64,000 bases of DNA from an archaeon GW2011_AR15 (GTDB lineage: Archaea > Nanobdellota > Nanobdellia > Woesearchaeales > GW2011-AR15), in contig CP010425.1 of NCBI GenBank assembly GCA_000830295.1, forward strand, positions 352,001 to 416,000, read 5' to 3'. Position numbers and translations under genes: made by a program. Of the stretch, positions 38,319 to 46,580 are shown one piece after another. Numbering within the stretch: the stretch's first letter is position 1; every line of letters starts with the position of its first letter. The notes beneath the pieces were generated by a model. That model did not search any database. It worked only from the letters and a program-made list of their open reading frames with translations, and was not told the DNA's origin.

Positions 38319-38993
38319 ATGGTAGCTCAGTTTCTTGCCAGCATAGGAAAAGGAGAAGTTCCTGAAATTTTTGGAATTGAAAATTTCCTTACGGATTCCA
38401 CAACATGCTGCAGGACTCCTGTGGTCTTGTTAGACACATCCGCTGTCATCGGGATTGAACAGAACTACCAGAGCCTGACAGGCCGCCAGGGTGAAGCATG
38501 GAAAATAATCAAATACCTTTCCAGGGACTATGATGAGGAAGGCAGGAATTATATCGTCTTAATTACTGAGAATATTTTCAGGGAGCTTACTGCGAAGAAA
38601 AAAAACCGCGAGATATCCGATAGGACATATGACTGCCTTATGCAGCTGTATCAGGGCTCAGCTCCTTTTATTGATGGGAAAAGAAGGGGCGGGAGCAGCA
38701 TGACAAGCATTGAAGCAAAGGTTGTGCAGGCATATGAAAATGGCATGGCTTCTCAAAACAAAAAGGCGAAGGAAAGAAAACTGAACGGGGATTATATCTC
38801 TGCTCCTGATGTTGAAGTCCTGGCTACTGGTGTAGCCCTTGAAAGAAGCGGGACATGCAAAGTAGTTGTCTGTTCTGCGGACGCCCATTTCAGGATTACT
38901 GCAAATGAGCTGAAAATCGGGCCTTATTTCGGAAACCTGAAAAGAAACAAGGATAACCTTCCGCACTTCCACTATCTTCACACCAGAAATTGA
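38319..38993 (+). CDS. PIN-domain nuclease-like protein (Nob1/VapC-like acidic tetrad)
   Basis: LLDTSAVI, ITENIFREL, ISAPDVEVLA and VCSADAHF motifs. Confidence 0.72.
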   Translation: MVAQFLASIGKGEVPEIFGIENFLTDSTTCCRTPVVLLDTSAVIGIEQNYQSLTGRQGEAWKIIKYLSRDYDEEGRNYIVLITENIFRELTAKKKNREISDRTYDCLMQLYQGSAPFIDGKRRGGSSMTSIEAKVVQAYENGMASQNKKAKERKLNGDYISAPDVEVLATGVALERSGTCKVVVCSADAHFRITANELKIGPYFGNLKRNKDNLPHFHYLHTRN

Positions 38994-38998
38994 GTTGG

Positions 38999-39730
38999 TT
39001 ATTTTCGCACCCAGCGGTCTGCCCAGAAAAGGTCTGAAAGCCCTATGCCTTCCCTAAGAGTGTTCTGGACCGGGTTTTTTGGGAATTGCGTTTGCTGCCT
39101 TTTGAGCCAGAACTCCCTATTTACAAGCTTAAAATATCCCTCCACGCCTCCCTCTTTTTCTATCCTTCCGTAAAGGCCTTCAATTTTTGTGGAGCCAAAC
39201 TCTGAGTTTCTCCCAAGGAGAGGTGCCAGCTGATCATATCCTGATATCTCTCCTGTGTATAACAACGGCGCATGTGGGATTCCCATTTCCTCAAAGAGTG
39301 CATACCTCCTTTCTGTGCTGATTGGTCTGCCCTCCTCCTTATCCCATACCCCGGTTCCTATGAAGTAATGCGGGAGATTGTCATAGGGTACTGTATGCTT
39401 TGCGAACATCCATTCGCCAAAAACCACGTATGTTTCCCCTATAATTTCCTGAAAATGATACCGCATTACTTCTGCCCAGTTTTTAAGAAGGTCGTACTGG
39501 CTGTGGCTTCCAAGCTTATGGCCTCTTGACTGCAGTACAAGCTGTCCGTACTCAAATCCGATGCCGACATTAGAGCCGTCAAGCTTCTCTTCAAGCTTTA
39601 CTGTTTTTCCTTCAAGCAGCTTGTCTGAAGCCTCATCTGTATAGAATGCATGCACCTTCTCACCCCTAAAATGGGAGTTATAGTAAATATGCGGCGTGCT
39701 AGGGAAATCTACATAATCAATATGGTCCAT
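38999..39730 (-). CDS. ATP-dependent RNA ligase family protein (Rnl2-like nucleotidyltransferase domain)
   Basis: FPSTPH, motif I EEKLDGSN, QSRGH, FGEW..AKH, EGLY.R and K-L-V motif V. Confidence 0.85.
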   Translation of the reverse strand: MDHIDYVDFPSTPHIYYNSHFRGEKVHAFYTDEASDKLLEGKTVKLEEKLDGSNVGIGFEYGQLVLQSRGHKLGSHSQYDLLKNWAEVMRYHFQEIIGETYVVFGEWMFAKHTVPYDNLPHYFIGTGVWDKEEGRPISTERRYALFEEMGIPHAPLLYTGEISGYDQLAPLLGRNSEFGSTKIEGLYGRIEKEGGVEGYFKLVNREFWLKRQQTQFPKNPVQNTLREGIGLSDLFWADRWVRK

Positions 39731-39792
39731 AGTGCAGAAGAAAAACAGGCTATATATAAATATAACTCATTTCTTCACTGTATAGTAACAAA

Positions 39793-40239
39793 TTATATGT
39801 TCCAGATTTCATCCCCTGCATAATGGATATTTCTTATTGCTCTGCCTGAACCCATTGCCCTTATTTCCTCTGCTGGAAACAGGGCTTTCCCTATTGCAAG
39901 GGGCTTCCCGTGCGTCTCATCAACAACCGCAATGATCTCGTCTTTCTTTATGCCATTATCTATCTTTGTAATGCCCGGCCGCATTATGTCTGCGCCTTGG
40001 GCAACAAATTTTACTGCACCCATATCAACTGTTATTTTTTTCAGTATGTCGTTTTTAAGGATGAATTTCAGCGTCGGAAGCAGCTCATTCTCATGGTAGA
40101 AAAAAGCAGGCTCATTGTTTATCAGGACTATGCTTTCATCTGTCTCATACCTGTCTTTCTTCGGCAGCTCTATTGAAAATTTTTCCCTGGCTTTCTCTAT
40201 AAATTCCTTTGCGTCCCTGCTCTTCATTGCTTTTTTCAT
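39793..40239 (-). CDS. PUA-domain RNA-binding protein (MCT-1/Tma20-like)
   Basis: PTL, VDMGAVKFV..GADIMRPGI, KPLAIG and H..GD.IW motifs. Confidence 0.9.
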   Translation of the reverse strand: MKKAMKSRDAKEFIEKAREKFSIELPKKDRYETDESIVLINNEPAFFYHENELLPTLKFILKNDILKKITVDMGAVKFVAQGADIMRPGITKIDNGIKKDEIIAVVDETHGKPLAIGKALFPAEEIRAMGSGRAIRNIHYAGDEIWNI

Positions 40240-40628
40240 TCTATTCCTGCAATTTCCACGCTGGCCCTTGCCCCCGGATTTTTCAGCATTTCAATAATCC
40301 CCCTGTTAAGGCCAATGGCTGCCTTGTCTGCTTTTATGCCGAGTGTCCTGGCTGAAATAAAATCAGTTTTTCTTACAACAATCTCATCCGGATGGCTGAA
40401 ATCCTTATTCAGGGCTGCTGTAACCGTGTCTTTCAGCCCCCCTGCAGTTATAGTGATTTTCATCCTGCTGTATTTTTTAGCCAGTTTTTTCAGCTCATCA
40501 ACAGAATAATCCGCGCTGACACCGACTATGCAGTCGCCTTTTCTTGTTAGGTGCCCGTGCCTTGTGAACTCGAGAGTATTCCTGTGAGTCCCGAGCAAAT
40601 TTTCATGTCCAGAAATGCTGAAGATCAT
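40236..40628 (-). CDS. DUF371 family protein
   Basis: GHEN..GTH..TLEFT...LT..GDCIVGV, RKTDF and ADKAA motifs. Confidence 0.88.
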   Translation of the reverse strand: MIFSISGHENLLGTHRNTLEFTRHGHLTRKGDCIVGVSADYSVDELKKLAKKYSRMKITITAGGLKDTVTAALNKDFSHPDEIVVRKTDFISARTLGIKADKAAIGLNRGIIEMLKNPGARASVEIAGIE

Positions 40629-40870
40629 TATTTCTTTCTGCTTTCTTTTTTTACAAGGTCTTCTATGGGCTTGCTGCCTTCCTTGGCTGCATCCTCTGCC
40701 ATCTTCTGAAGGTCAACTCCCAGCTCCTGCAGTGCCTTTACATGCATCTGCATAAGCTGTTCTACAATGCCCACGAGCTTCATAAGCTCCTGCCTCTCTT
40801 TGGCAAGGGTTGACAATGCGCCCTTGTGAAAGCCTACCTGTTCATTATTGGAAACCTTATCTGCCATCAT
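40628..40870 (-). CDS. Small conserved coiled-coil hypothetical protein
   Basis: AGGTGA SD; EQVGFHKGAL.TL.KER.EL; co-oriented in the rio1 operon. Confidence 0.7.
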   Translation of the reverse strand: MMADKVSNNEQVGFHKGALSTLAKERQELMKLVGIVEQLMQMHVKALQELGVDLQKMAEDAAKEGSKPIEDLVKKESRKK

Positions 40871-40871
40871 A

Positions 40872-41606
40872 TCACCTTTGGTTCTGTGAATCCTCTGTTT
40901 TATTTAATAATTTCCTTTTTAGGTTTTCTGTAACACTGTCGTCCATCTGCACGCCATGCTTTGCAAAAAACCTCTTTATATTTTTCATATCCCTCTCAAG
41001 GTATTCTGCTGCATTACGGTCTTTTACGCTTGTTGACTGCGAGAAATCAATGAAATAGGGCTTTTCCCTGTGGTTCAGGATATTGTATTCTGAAAGGTCG
41101 GCATGGACTATGCCGAGCTCAATCAGGTCTCCGACTGAATCTATTATGCTCTTCAGGAATTTTTCCATGTCTTTCGGCAGGCTGTCCTTGAGCTGCGGCG
41201 CTGGCTTTTCAGAGCCTATTGATTCCATTATAAGAACATTATTGCGGAAAGCTATCGGGGTCGGCACGTTTATCTTTTCCCTTGCTGTGAGCAGGTTCCT
41301 GTATTCCCTCTGCACCCACTTGAATATCACCTGCCTCCTCTGGTTCTTTAATCCCATGAACCTTGGGTCTGATTTTATGTAGGAATACATCTTGTTGAAA
41401 TTGCAGGACTCCAGCCGGTATATTTTTACTATGACGTAATCATCCGCTGTATCCGCAAGAAAAACATTGGATTCCTTCCCTATCATCACAGGCATCAAAA
41501 GGTCGTCAAAGTGCCTCTGGGAGCTCAGCCTGAAGAGCGTTGAAAGCGTAAATTCATCAAATACGTTCTTGTATATCTTAAATTTCTCCCTGCTCTTCTT
41601 GACCAT
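40872..41606 (-). CDS. rio1: RIO1-family atypical kinase/ATPase
   Basis: GKESNVF, VKIYR, W..REY.NL, VHADLSEYNIL, IDFSQ and L.RD..N motifs. Confidence 0.93.
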   Translation of the reverse strand: MVKKSREKFKIYKNVFDEFTLSTLFRLSSQRHFDDLLMPVMIGKESNVFLADTADDYVIVKIYRLESCNFNKMYSYIKSDPRFMGLKNQRRQVIFKWVQREYRNLLTAREKINVPTPIAFRNNVLIMESIGSEKPAPQLKDSLPKDMEKFLKSIIDSVGDLIELGIVHADLSEYNILNHREKPYFIDFSQSTSVKDRNAAEYLERDMKNIKRFFAKHGVQMDDSVTENLKRKLLNKTEDSQNQR

Positions 41607-41657
41607 AAAGCTGAGATAATCCCAAGCTTTATAAATCTAGAGAAAAAAACAATTCCC

Positions 41658-41753
41658 GTGCCTTTTTTGCACCTGGGGTAGGGGCTCTAACTGTTTACAA
41701 CGGACTGTGTCCATAACAATTTAACCCTAATATCCCGGCAAAGAAAAAGGCAT
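41658..41753. ncRNA. Candidate ~95-nt rod-shaped structured RNA
   Basis: Nested complementarity: TGCCTTTTT/AAAAAGGCA, TTGC/GCAA, GGG/CCC, TAGGG/CCCTA, TGTT/AACA, GGAC/GTCC. Confidence 0.45.
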
Positions 41754-41768
41754 AATTTTAATTTCTGG

Positions 41769-42035
41769 TTACTCTTCTTCAGCTTCGTAAGAAGGAACTG
41801 CTGACTTGTTTATTATCATTATGTCGCCTATGCTCTTCACAAGAGGGTGGGGGACGACAACTCCCTTTGCGCTTCCGAGAACAGCGTTCAGGAATGAATT
41901 TCTTGTTGCTTTTACACGCCAGCCGAATATCTTGTTTGTTGTGACAATGACTTCCTCAACATCTCCGAAATAATCACCGCTGTCTGTAAATACCTTCATG
42001 TCATAGCATTCTGAAATTCTTTTCATCTTTAGCAT
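41769..42035 (-). CDS. PRC-barrel protein (CdpB-like)
   Basis: VFTDSG.Y.G.VEEV and VVVP...VKSIGDIMII motifs. Confidence 0.88.
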   Translation of the reverse strand: MLKMKRISECYDMKVFTDSGDYFGDVEEVIVTTNKIFGWRVKATRNSFLNAVLGSAKGVVVPHPLVKSIGDIMIINKSAVPSYEAEEE

Positions 42036-42102
42036 TTTAATCCCACCTAATGTAAACTAATTTATTACCATATTTATATAGTTTTTTATATTTCAATAAG
42101 CC

Positions 42103-42534
42103 ATGACAGTCATAATCGTGACAGGGACTCCCGGGACAGGAAAGACCACGATAGCCAGGAAGATAGCCGGAGAGAAAAATCTCAAGTACATAGATGTGAA
42201 TAAGCTTATTGAAGAACAGCATCTTTATGATGCCCTAGACTTTGACAGGGATTCCAAGATTGTAGATACTGGAAAGCTGAACAGGGCCCTTATAAAGATA
42301 ATAAAAGAAGAGAAGGATGTTGTGATTGACTCGCACCTTTCCCACTATCTGCCGAAAAAATACGTGGATAAGTGCATAGTTACCAAGTCCAGCCTTGAAG
42401 AACTGAAAAAAAGGCTGAAAAAAAGAGGATATAAGGAGGGCAAGATAAGGGAAAACCTCGATGCTGAAATATTTGACATATGCAGGATAGAAGCAGAGGA
42501 AGCAGGGCATGATGTTGAGGTTGTGCAGACCTAG
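42103..42534 (+). CDS. Atypical adenylate kinase AK6/Fap7 family
   Basis: TGTPGTGKTT, VIDSH.SH and RL.KRGY...KI.EN..AE motifs. Confidence 0.92.
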   Translation: MTVIIVTGTPGTGKTTIARKIAGEKNLKYIDVNKLIEEQHLYDALDFDRDSKIVDTGKLNRALIKIIKEEKDVVIDSHLSHYLPKKYVDKCIVTKSSLEELKKRLKKRGYKEGKIRENLDAEIFDICRIEAEEAGHDVEVVQT

Positions 42535-44073
42535 CTAGCCTGATTCGTCTTTATACCAGTGGTTGCTCAATTCTGTATCTGAACTTGTCTGGTCTTGCTT
42601 CCTCAGTTTGACAGGCCCAAGCTCAAACGGGATGCCCGCATTTATGTCGGCTTCTGCCTGATTGACCAGAAGCGTTATCAGGTGGTCATATGAATCCATG
42701 AATCTGTCGTCACTCTTATCCAGATCTATGATTTTCCTGCTGGCTATGAATTCTTTAAGAATGTCTGCCATGGACTTATCTTCTGTTATCCTGCCGGCAA
42801 TGAATTTCTGGTTTTCCGGCCTGTCTAAAAATCCTGCCTCTTTATAGAGGAATATGTCACCGTGGCTGTCCATGGCAACAGATAGCTGGGGGTAGCCTGA
42901 TTTTCTCATCTGGGTCCCCTTGACTCTTGCCAATGGCTTTCCCAGAATTCCTTCTCCCAGAGCCGCCATGGCATATCCGAAATCAACGTGCATATCCGGG
43001 CACTCTTTCTCTCTTCTTTTATTGAACTCTGCAAACAGGGATATCAGCTCTTGCCTCTGCTCTTCTGTCAGGAAACCTTCCAGATAATACTTCCTCCCCT
43101 CGACTGATTTGTCCACATCATCTTCTATCTCTGTAACGCTCCCGAAATCTTCCCTGATTGTAAGAAAATCAATTCCCGGCCCATTGTCTACTTTAGAATT
43201 GACTTCATTGATATAATCAAGCAAGGGTAGTATTGTATGCATATTTTCAGGCAGGATAATGTAGTTGAGTCCTACTTTCAGGTTTGATTTCCTTTTGTTT
43301 CTCTCTTTCAGGAATTCTATTATGTTACCCTTAACCATTTCATAGGCCTGTGGATGCCTCGTGACATTGAATGTGGATTCCTGATCTGTTCCATACAATG
43401 ATACTCTTAATGAATCAAGATCCCAAAGCCCCGGCTGCATTGCCACATATTTAGGAGTAAGCATGTGGGCGTTTGTAATCAAAGGCACTTTATATCCCAG
43501 CTTTTTTGCATGGGTGATTATCTCACCCAATTTGAAATTTGTAAGCGGCTCAAGCCCTCCTGAGATTGATATCCTTGAGCCTTTTGGCAGCCCTGAAATG
43601 GCATCCTTAAACTTTTTTGCTCCTGATACCAATACCTCGCCAGGCTTGTAGCTCGCCTGCTGATTTCTGCCGCAAAAGCCGCAATAATACATGCAGGACA
43701 TGCCCGGAAACAACGTCAGGCGGAAAGGCAGCGCGTATTCATAATTCAGCACCTTGCTTATGTTGCCGCTGCTGACATGGGTCAGGATCGTGTTCCAGTA
43801 TTTCTTGCCTAATCCTTCAAAAACTATCATTTGCTGTAAGAAATCAGAATTCTGGATTATGGCATTCAGCTCAATTAATTCTTGTTTTGATAATTCTGTG
43901 TCTTCAAGCAGCTGCTTTTGTGTGTACCAGGGCATTTCTGAAAGGTGATGGATTATCATTGAAGCAGGCACAATCCATTTTTCAGGAATACCTTCCTTAA
44001 GAAGAGTATTGGTTACGTGTGTGGGAATACCTGTTTGATATTCTTTATATAACCAGTCTTTAAAATTCTTCAT
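42535..44073 (-). CDS. desII: DesII-like radical SAM enzyme (dTDP-4-amino-4,6-dideoxyglucose ammonia-lyase family)
   Basis: PGMSCMYYCGFC, SGGLEPLTN, RVSLYG, IREDF and GDIFLYKEAGF motifs. Confidence 0.8.
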   Translation of the reverse strand: MKNFKDWLYKEYQTGIPTHVTNTLLKEGIPEKWIVPASMIIHHLSEMPWYTQKQLLEDTELSKQELIELNAIIQNSDFLQQMIVFEGLGKKYWNTILTHVSSGNISKVLNYEYALPFRLTLFPGMSCMYYCGFCGRNQQASYKPGEVLVSGAKKFKDAISGLPKGSRISISGGLEPLTNFKLGEIITHAKKLGYKVPLITNAHMLTPKYVAMQPGLWDLDSLRVSLYGTDQESTFNVTRHPQAYEMVKGNIIEFLKERNKRKSNLKVGLNYIILPENMHTILPLLDYINEVNSKVDNGPGIDFLTIREDFGSVTEIEDDVDKSVEGRKYYLEGFLTEEQRQELISLFAEFNKRREKECPDMHVDFGYAMAALGEGILGKPLARVKGTQMRKSGYPQLSVAMDSHGDIFLYKEAGFLDRPENQKFIAGRITEDKSMADILKEFIASRKIIDLDKSDDRFMDSYDHLITLLVNQAEADINAGIPFELGPVKLRKQDQTSSDTELSNHWYKDESG

Positions 44074-44156
44074 TTTTTAAATATAAATGTTCATGAATAC
44101 TTTTCACTTTTAACATTTTAACGAATATTTATATAGTTTTTTATATTTCTATAATT

Positions 44157-45086
44157 TTATTCAAGAATCTCAACGCTGTCTATCTTCCCGTCGCCGTCCA
44201 GGTCAAATCCCTGCACAATTGCATGGAATTCCTTCTGGCCTGTAAACCTGTGTATGACCTGGCCTGTGTTTCTCGTGAAAGCGAATACAGCAGCCTTTGT
44301 GCCTATGAACCTTATGCCTGACAGCACAAGCACGAAATATTCCGGGTTATATGGGTTGGGAAGCCTGGATATCATGCCTATGCTCTCTTCTGTGTAAGTT
44401 GCTTTTTTTGTTATTATTCCCCACGGCTTCTTGTCTGAGAACTTCGCAGGCAGGAAATCGTTTATCTTGCTCACAACATGGTTTGTTACAGGCCCGCCGA
44501 CCAGGATCAGATTTCTGCTCTCCTTTAGGTCAATATCAACATCCAGCTTTGTTGAGAAATTCTCATCCATGCTGCAAAGACCTCCTAAAAACAGGCCGAG
44601 GTCTATTGCGTAATGCCCGTCGCGCGCCCTTGCCTTGTGAGGGCCGTGCGGGTCAGGGGAGCCCACGACAATGCTGGCATTCAGCCTGTTGTTCTGTATG
44701 AACGGCTTCAGGAAATTCAGGGTTGTATCATCTTTCTTTTTAATGAGGGAAGCAAGAGGTTTCCATTCTTTTGACATTGTAAGGGCGAAATTAAGCTGTT
44801 TTGGGGAAAGCTTTTTGGCAACTGTGCCCCTTATCTCTTCCCTGCCAACAACATCAAGTATGCCGGAATTCATCATCTGCTTTATGTGGTAATAGATTTT
44901 CTGCTCATGCATCTTCATCTCTTTTGCAAGCTCTGCAGGATACATCGGCTTTTTTGCCAGAAGCTCAAGAATCTGCATCCTTATGGGATGATCTACAATC
45001 TTCAGGGCCTCCGGACTGTCAACTATGAGTGCGTCGCTGTAAAGCATGCTGCCGTCCCTTTCCTGCAATATATAGGATTTCACCAT
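44157..45086 (-). CDS. ArsR-like wHTH regulator fused to an S-layer-C/flavodoxin-like domain
   Basis: HPIRMQIL.LL...PMYPAELAK...HEQKIYYH; NLILVGGPVTN; GTKAA; terminal DLDGDGKID. Confidence 0.78.
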   Translation of the reverse strand: MVKSYILQERDGSMLYSDALIVDSPEALKIVDHPIRMQILELLAKKPMYPAELAKEMKMHEQKIYYHIKQMMNSGILDVVGREEIRGTVAKKLSPKQLNFALTMSKEWKPLASLIKKKDDTTLNFLKPFIQNNRLNASIVVGSPDPHGPHKARARDGHYAIDLGLFLGGLCSMDENFSTKLDVDIDLKESRNLILVGGPVTNHVVSKINDFLPAKFSDKKPWGIITKKATYTEESIGMISRLPNPYNPEYFVLVLSGIRFIGTKAAVFAFTRNTGQVIHRFTGQKEFHAIVQGFDLDGDGKIDSVEILE

Positions 45087-45096
45087 TTTATTATCC

Positions 45097-45112
45097 TATA
45101 AGAAATCTTATA
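45097..45112. promoter_or_regulatory. Palindrome TATAAGA-N2-TCTTATA, candidate operator
   Basis: Perfect 7-2-7 inverted repeat between the regulator TATA and its start codon. Confidence 0.45.
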
Positions 45113-45238
45113 ATATTTATATATCTTTTCATAATATAATTAAAGCCTGCTTCCTTTGGCTTATAGACGAGAAACCCTGTTTTTACTATAAATTCCGTTT
45201 GAATTAACTATATAAATAGACTGAACTCAACTGAGAGC

Positions 45239-46579
45239 ATGAAATTATTCGGAACAGACGGCATAAGAGGAGAGGCCAATAAATTCCCTATTACCGGGGA
45301 AGTTGCCCTCAAGCTGGGCAAGGCTTTTGCCAAGGTAATGTCCAGAAACAAAAAGCCTGTTTTCCTTATAGGAAAGGATACAAGGCTTTCAGGCTACATG
45401 CTGGAATATGCACTTACTGCGGGGCTTACATCCATGGGCGCTGATGTCCTTCTTGCCGGCCCTCTTCCCACTCCCGGGGTTGCCTATCTGATAAGGGAAT
45501 TCAGGGCAGATGCGGGCATAATGATAACTGCCTCCCACAATCCATACATAGACAACGGCATAAAATTATTTGATTCTGAAGGGAGAAAGCTGCCTGACAA
45601 AACAGAAGAAAAAATACAGGACCTTATCCTCAATCATAGGATTGACACTGCGCACGTGACTTCAAAAAACATAGGAAAGGCAAAAAGGATTGATGACGCT
45701 GCTTTGAGATATGCCCAGTATATCAAAGGAACAATAGATAACACCTCCCTGAAACCATTGAAGCTTGTGCTTGACTGCGCAAACGGAGCTGCCTACAAGG
45801 TGGCTCCAATGGTTTTTTCAGAGCTCGGAGCTGATGTAACCACAATATTCAGCACACCGGACGGAAACAACATAAACAAGGGCTGCGGAGCCCTGCATCC
45901 TGAAGTTGTCAAAGAGGCTGTGCTGAAGCGCGGGGCAGATGCCGGAATAACGCTTGACGGCGATGCCGACAGGGTAATCATGGTCGACGAAACCGGAAAA
46001 ATAATTGACGGGGACTACATGCTTGCAATCGCAGGCCTTTATATGATGGAAAAAAAGAAGCTGAAAAAAGACACTGTGGTTGCAACAGAATATTCCAATC
46101 TTGCTTTTGACGAGCTCATAGGAAAGAAAGGCGGAAATGTCGTAAGGTCAAAGAACGGCGACAGGTATGTCATTGAAGAAATGATTAAAGGGGGCTACAA
46201 TCTTGGCGGAGAGTTCTCAGGCCACCTGATTTTTTCAGACTACAATACAACAGGAGACGGGATAATTGCAGGAGCGCAGATACTGAGGATAATGAAGGAA
46301 AAAAACAAAAAGCTCTCTGAGCTTGCTGCTGTGCTGCACAAGTACCCGCAGGTATTGATGAGCACCCCTGTGAAAGAAAAAAAGCCTTTTGAAGAAATGC
46401 CGAGCGTAATGAATGAAATAAAAAAAGCTGAAAAGGCTCTCGGAGACAAGGGAAGGCACCTGATAAGATATTCAGGCACTGAGATGAAAGCAAGAGTCAT
46501 GATAGAAGGCCAGAACGAAGAGCTTATAACAATGCTCTGCAGGGATATAATTTCAAAGATAAAAAATGAGGTGGCTTAA
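45239..46579 (+). CDS. glmM: Phosphoglucosamine mutase
   Basis: FGTDGIRG, ITASHNP..DNGIK, DGDADR, GGEFSGH and RYSGTE motifs. Confidence 0.95.
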   Translation: MKLFGTDGIRGEANKFPITGEVALKLGKAFAKVMSRNKKPVFLIGKDTRLSGYMLEYALTAGLTSMGADVLLAGPLPTPGVAYLIREFRADAGIMITASHNPYIDNGIKLFDSEGRKLPDKTEEKIQDLILNHRIDTAHVTSKNIGKAKRIDDAALRYAQYIKGTIDNTSLKPLKLVLDCANGAAYKVAPMVFSELGADVTTIFSTPDGNNINKGCGALHPEVVKEAVLKRGADAGITLDGDADRVIMVDETGKIIDGDYMLAIAGLYMMEKKKLKKDTVVATEYSNLAFDELIGKKGGNVVRSKNGDRYVIEEMIKGGYNLGGEFSGHLIFSDYNTTGDGIIAGAQILRIMKEKNKKLSELAAVLHKYPQVLMSTPVKEKKPFEEMPSVMNEIKKAEKALGDKGRHLIRYSGTEMKARVMIEGQNEELITMLCRDIISKIKNEVA

Positions 46580-46580
46580 G

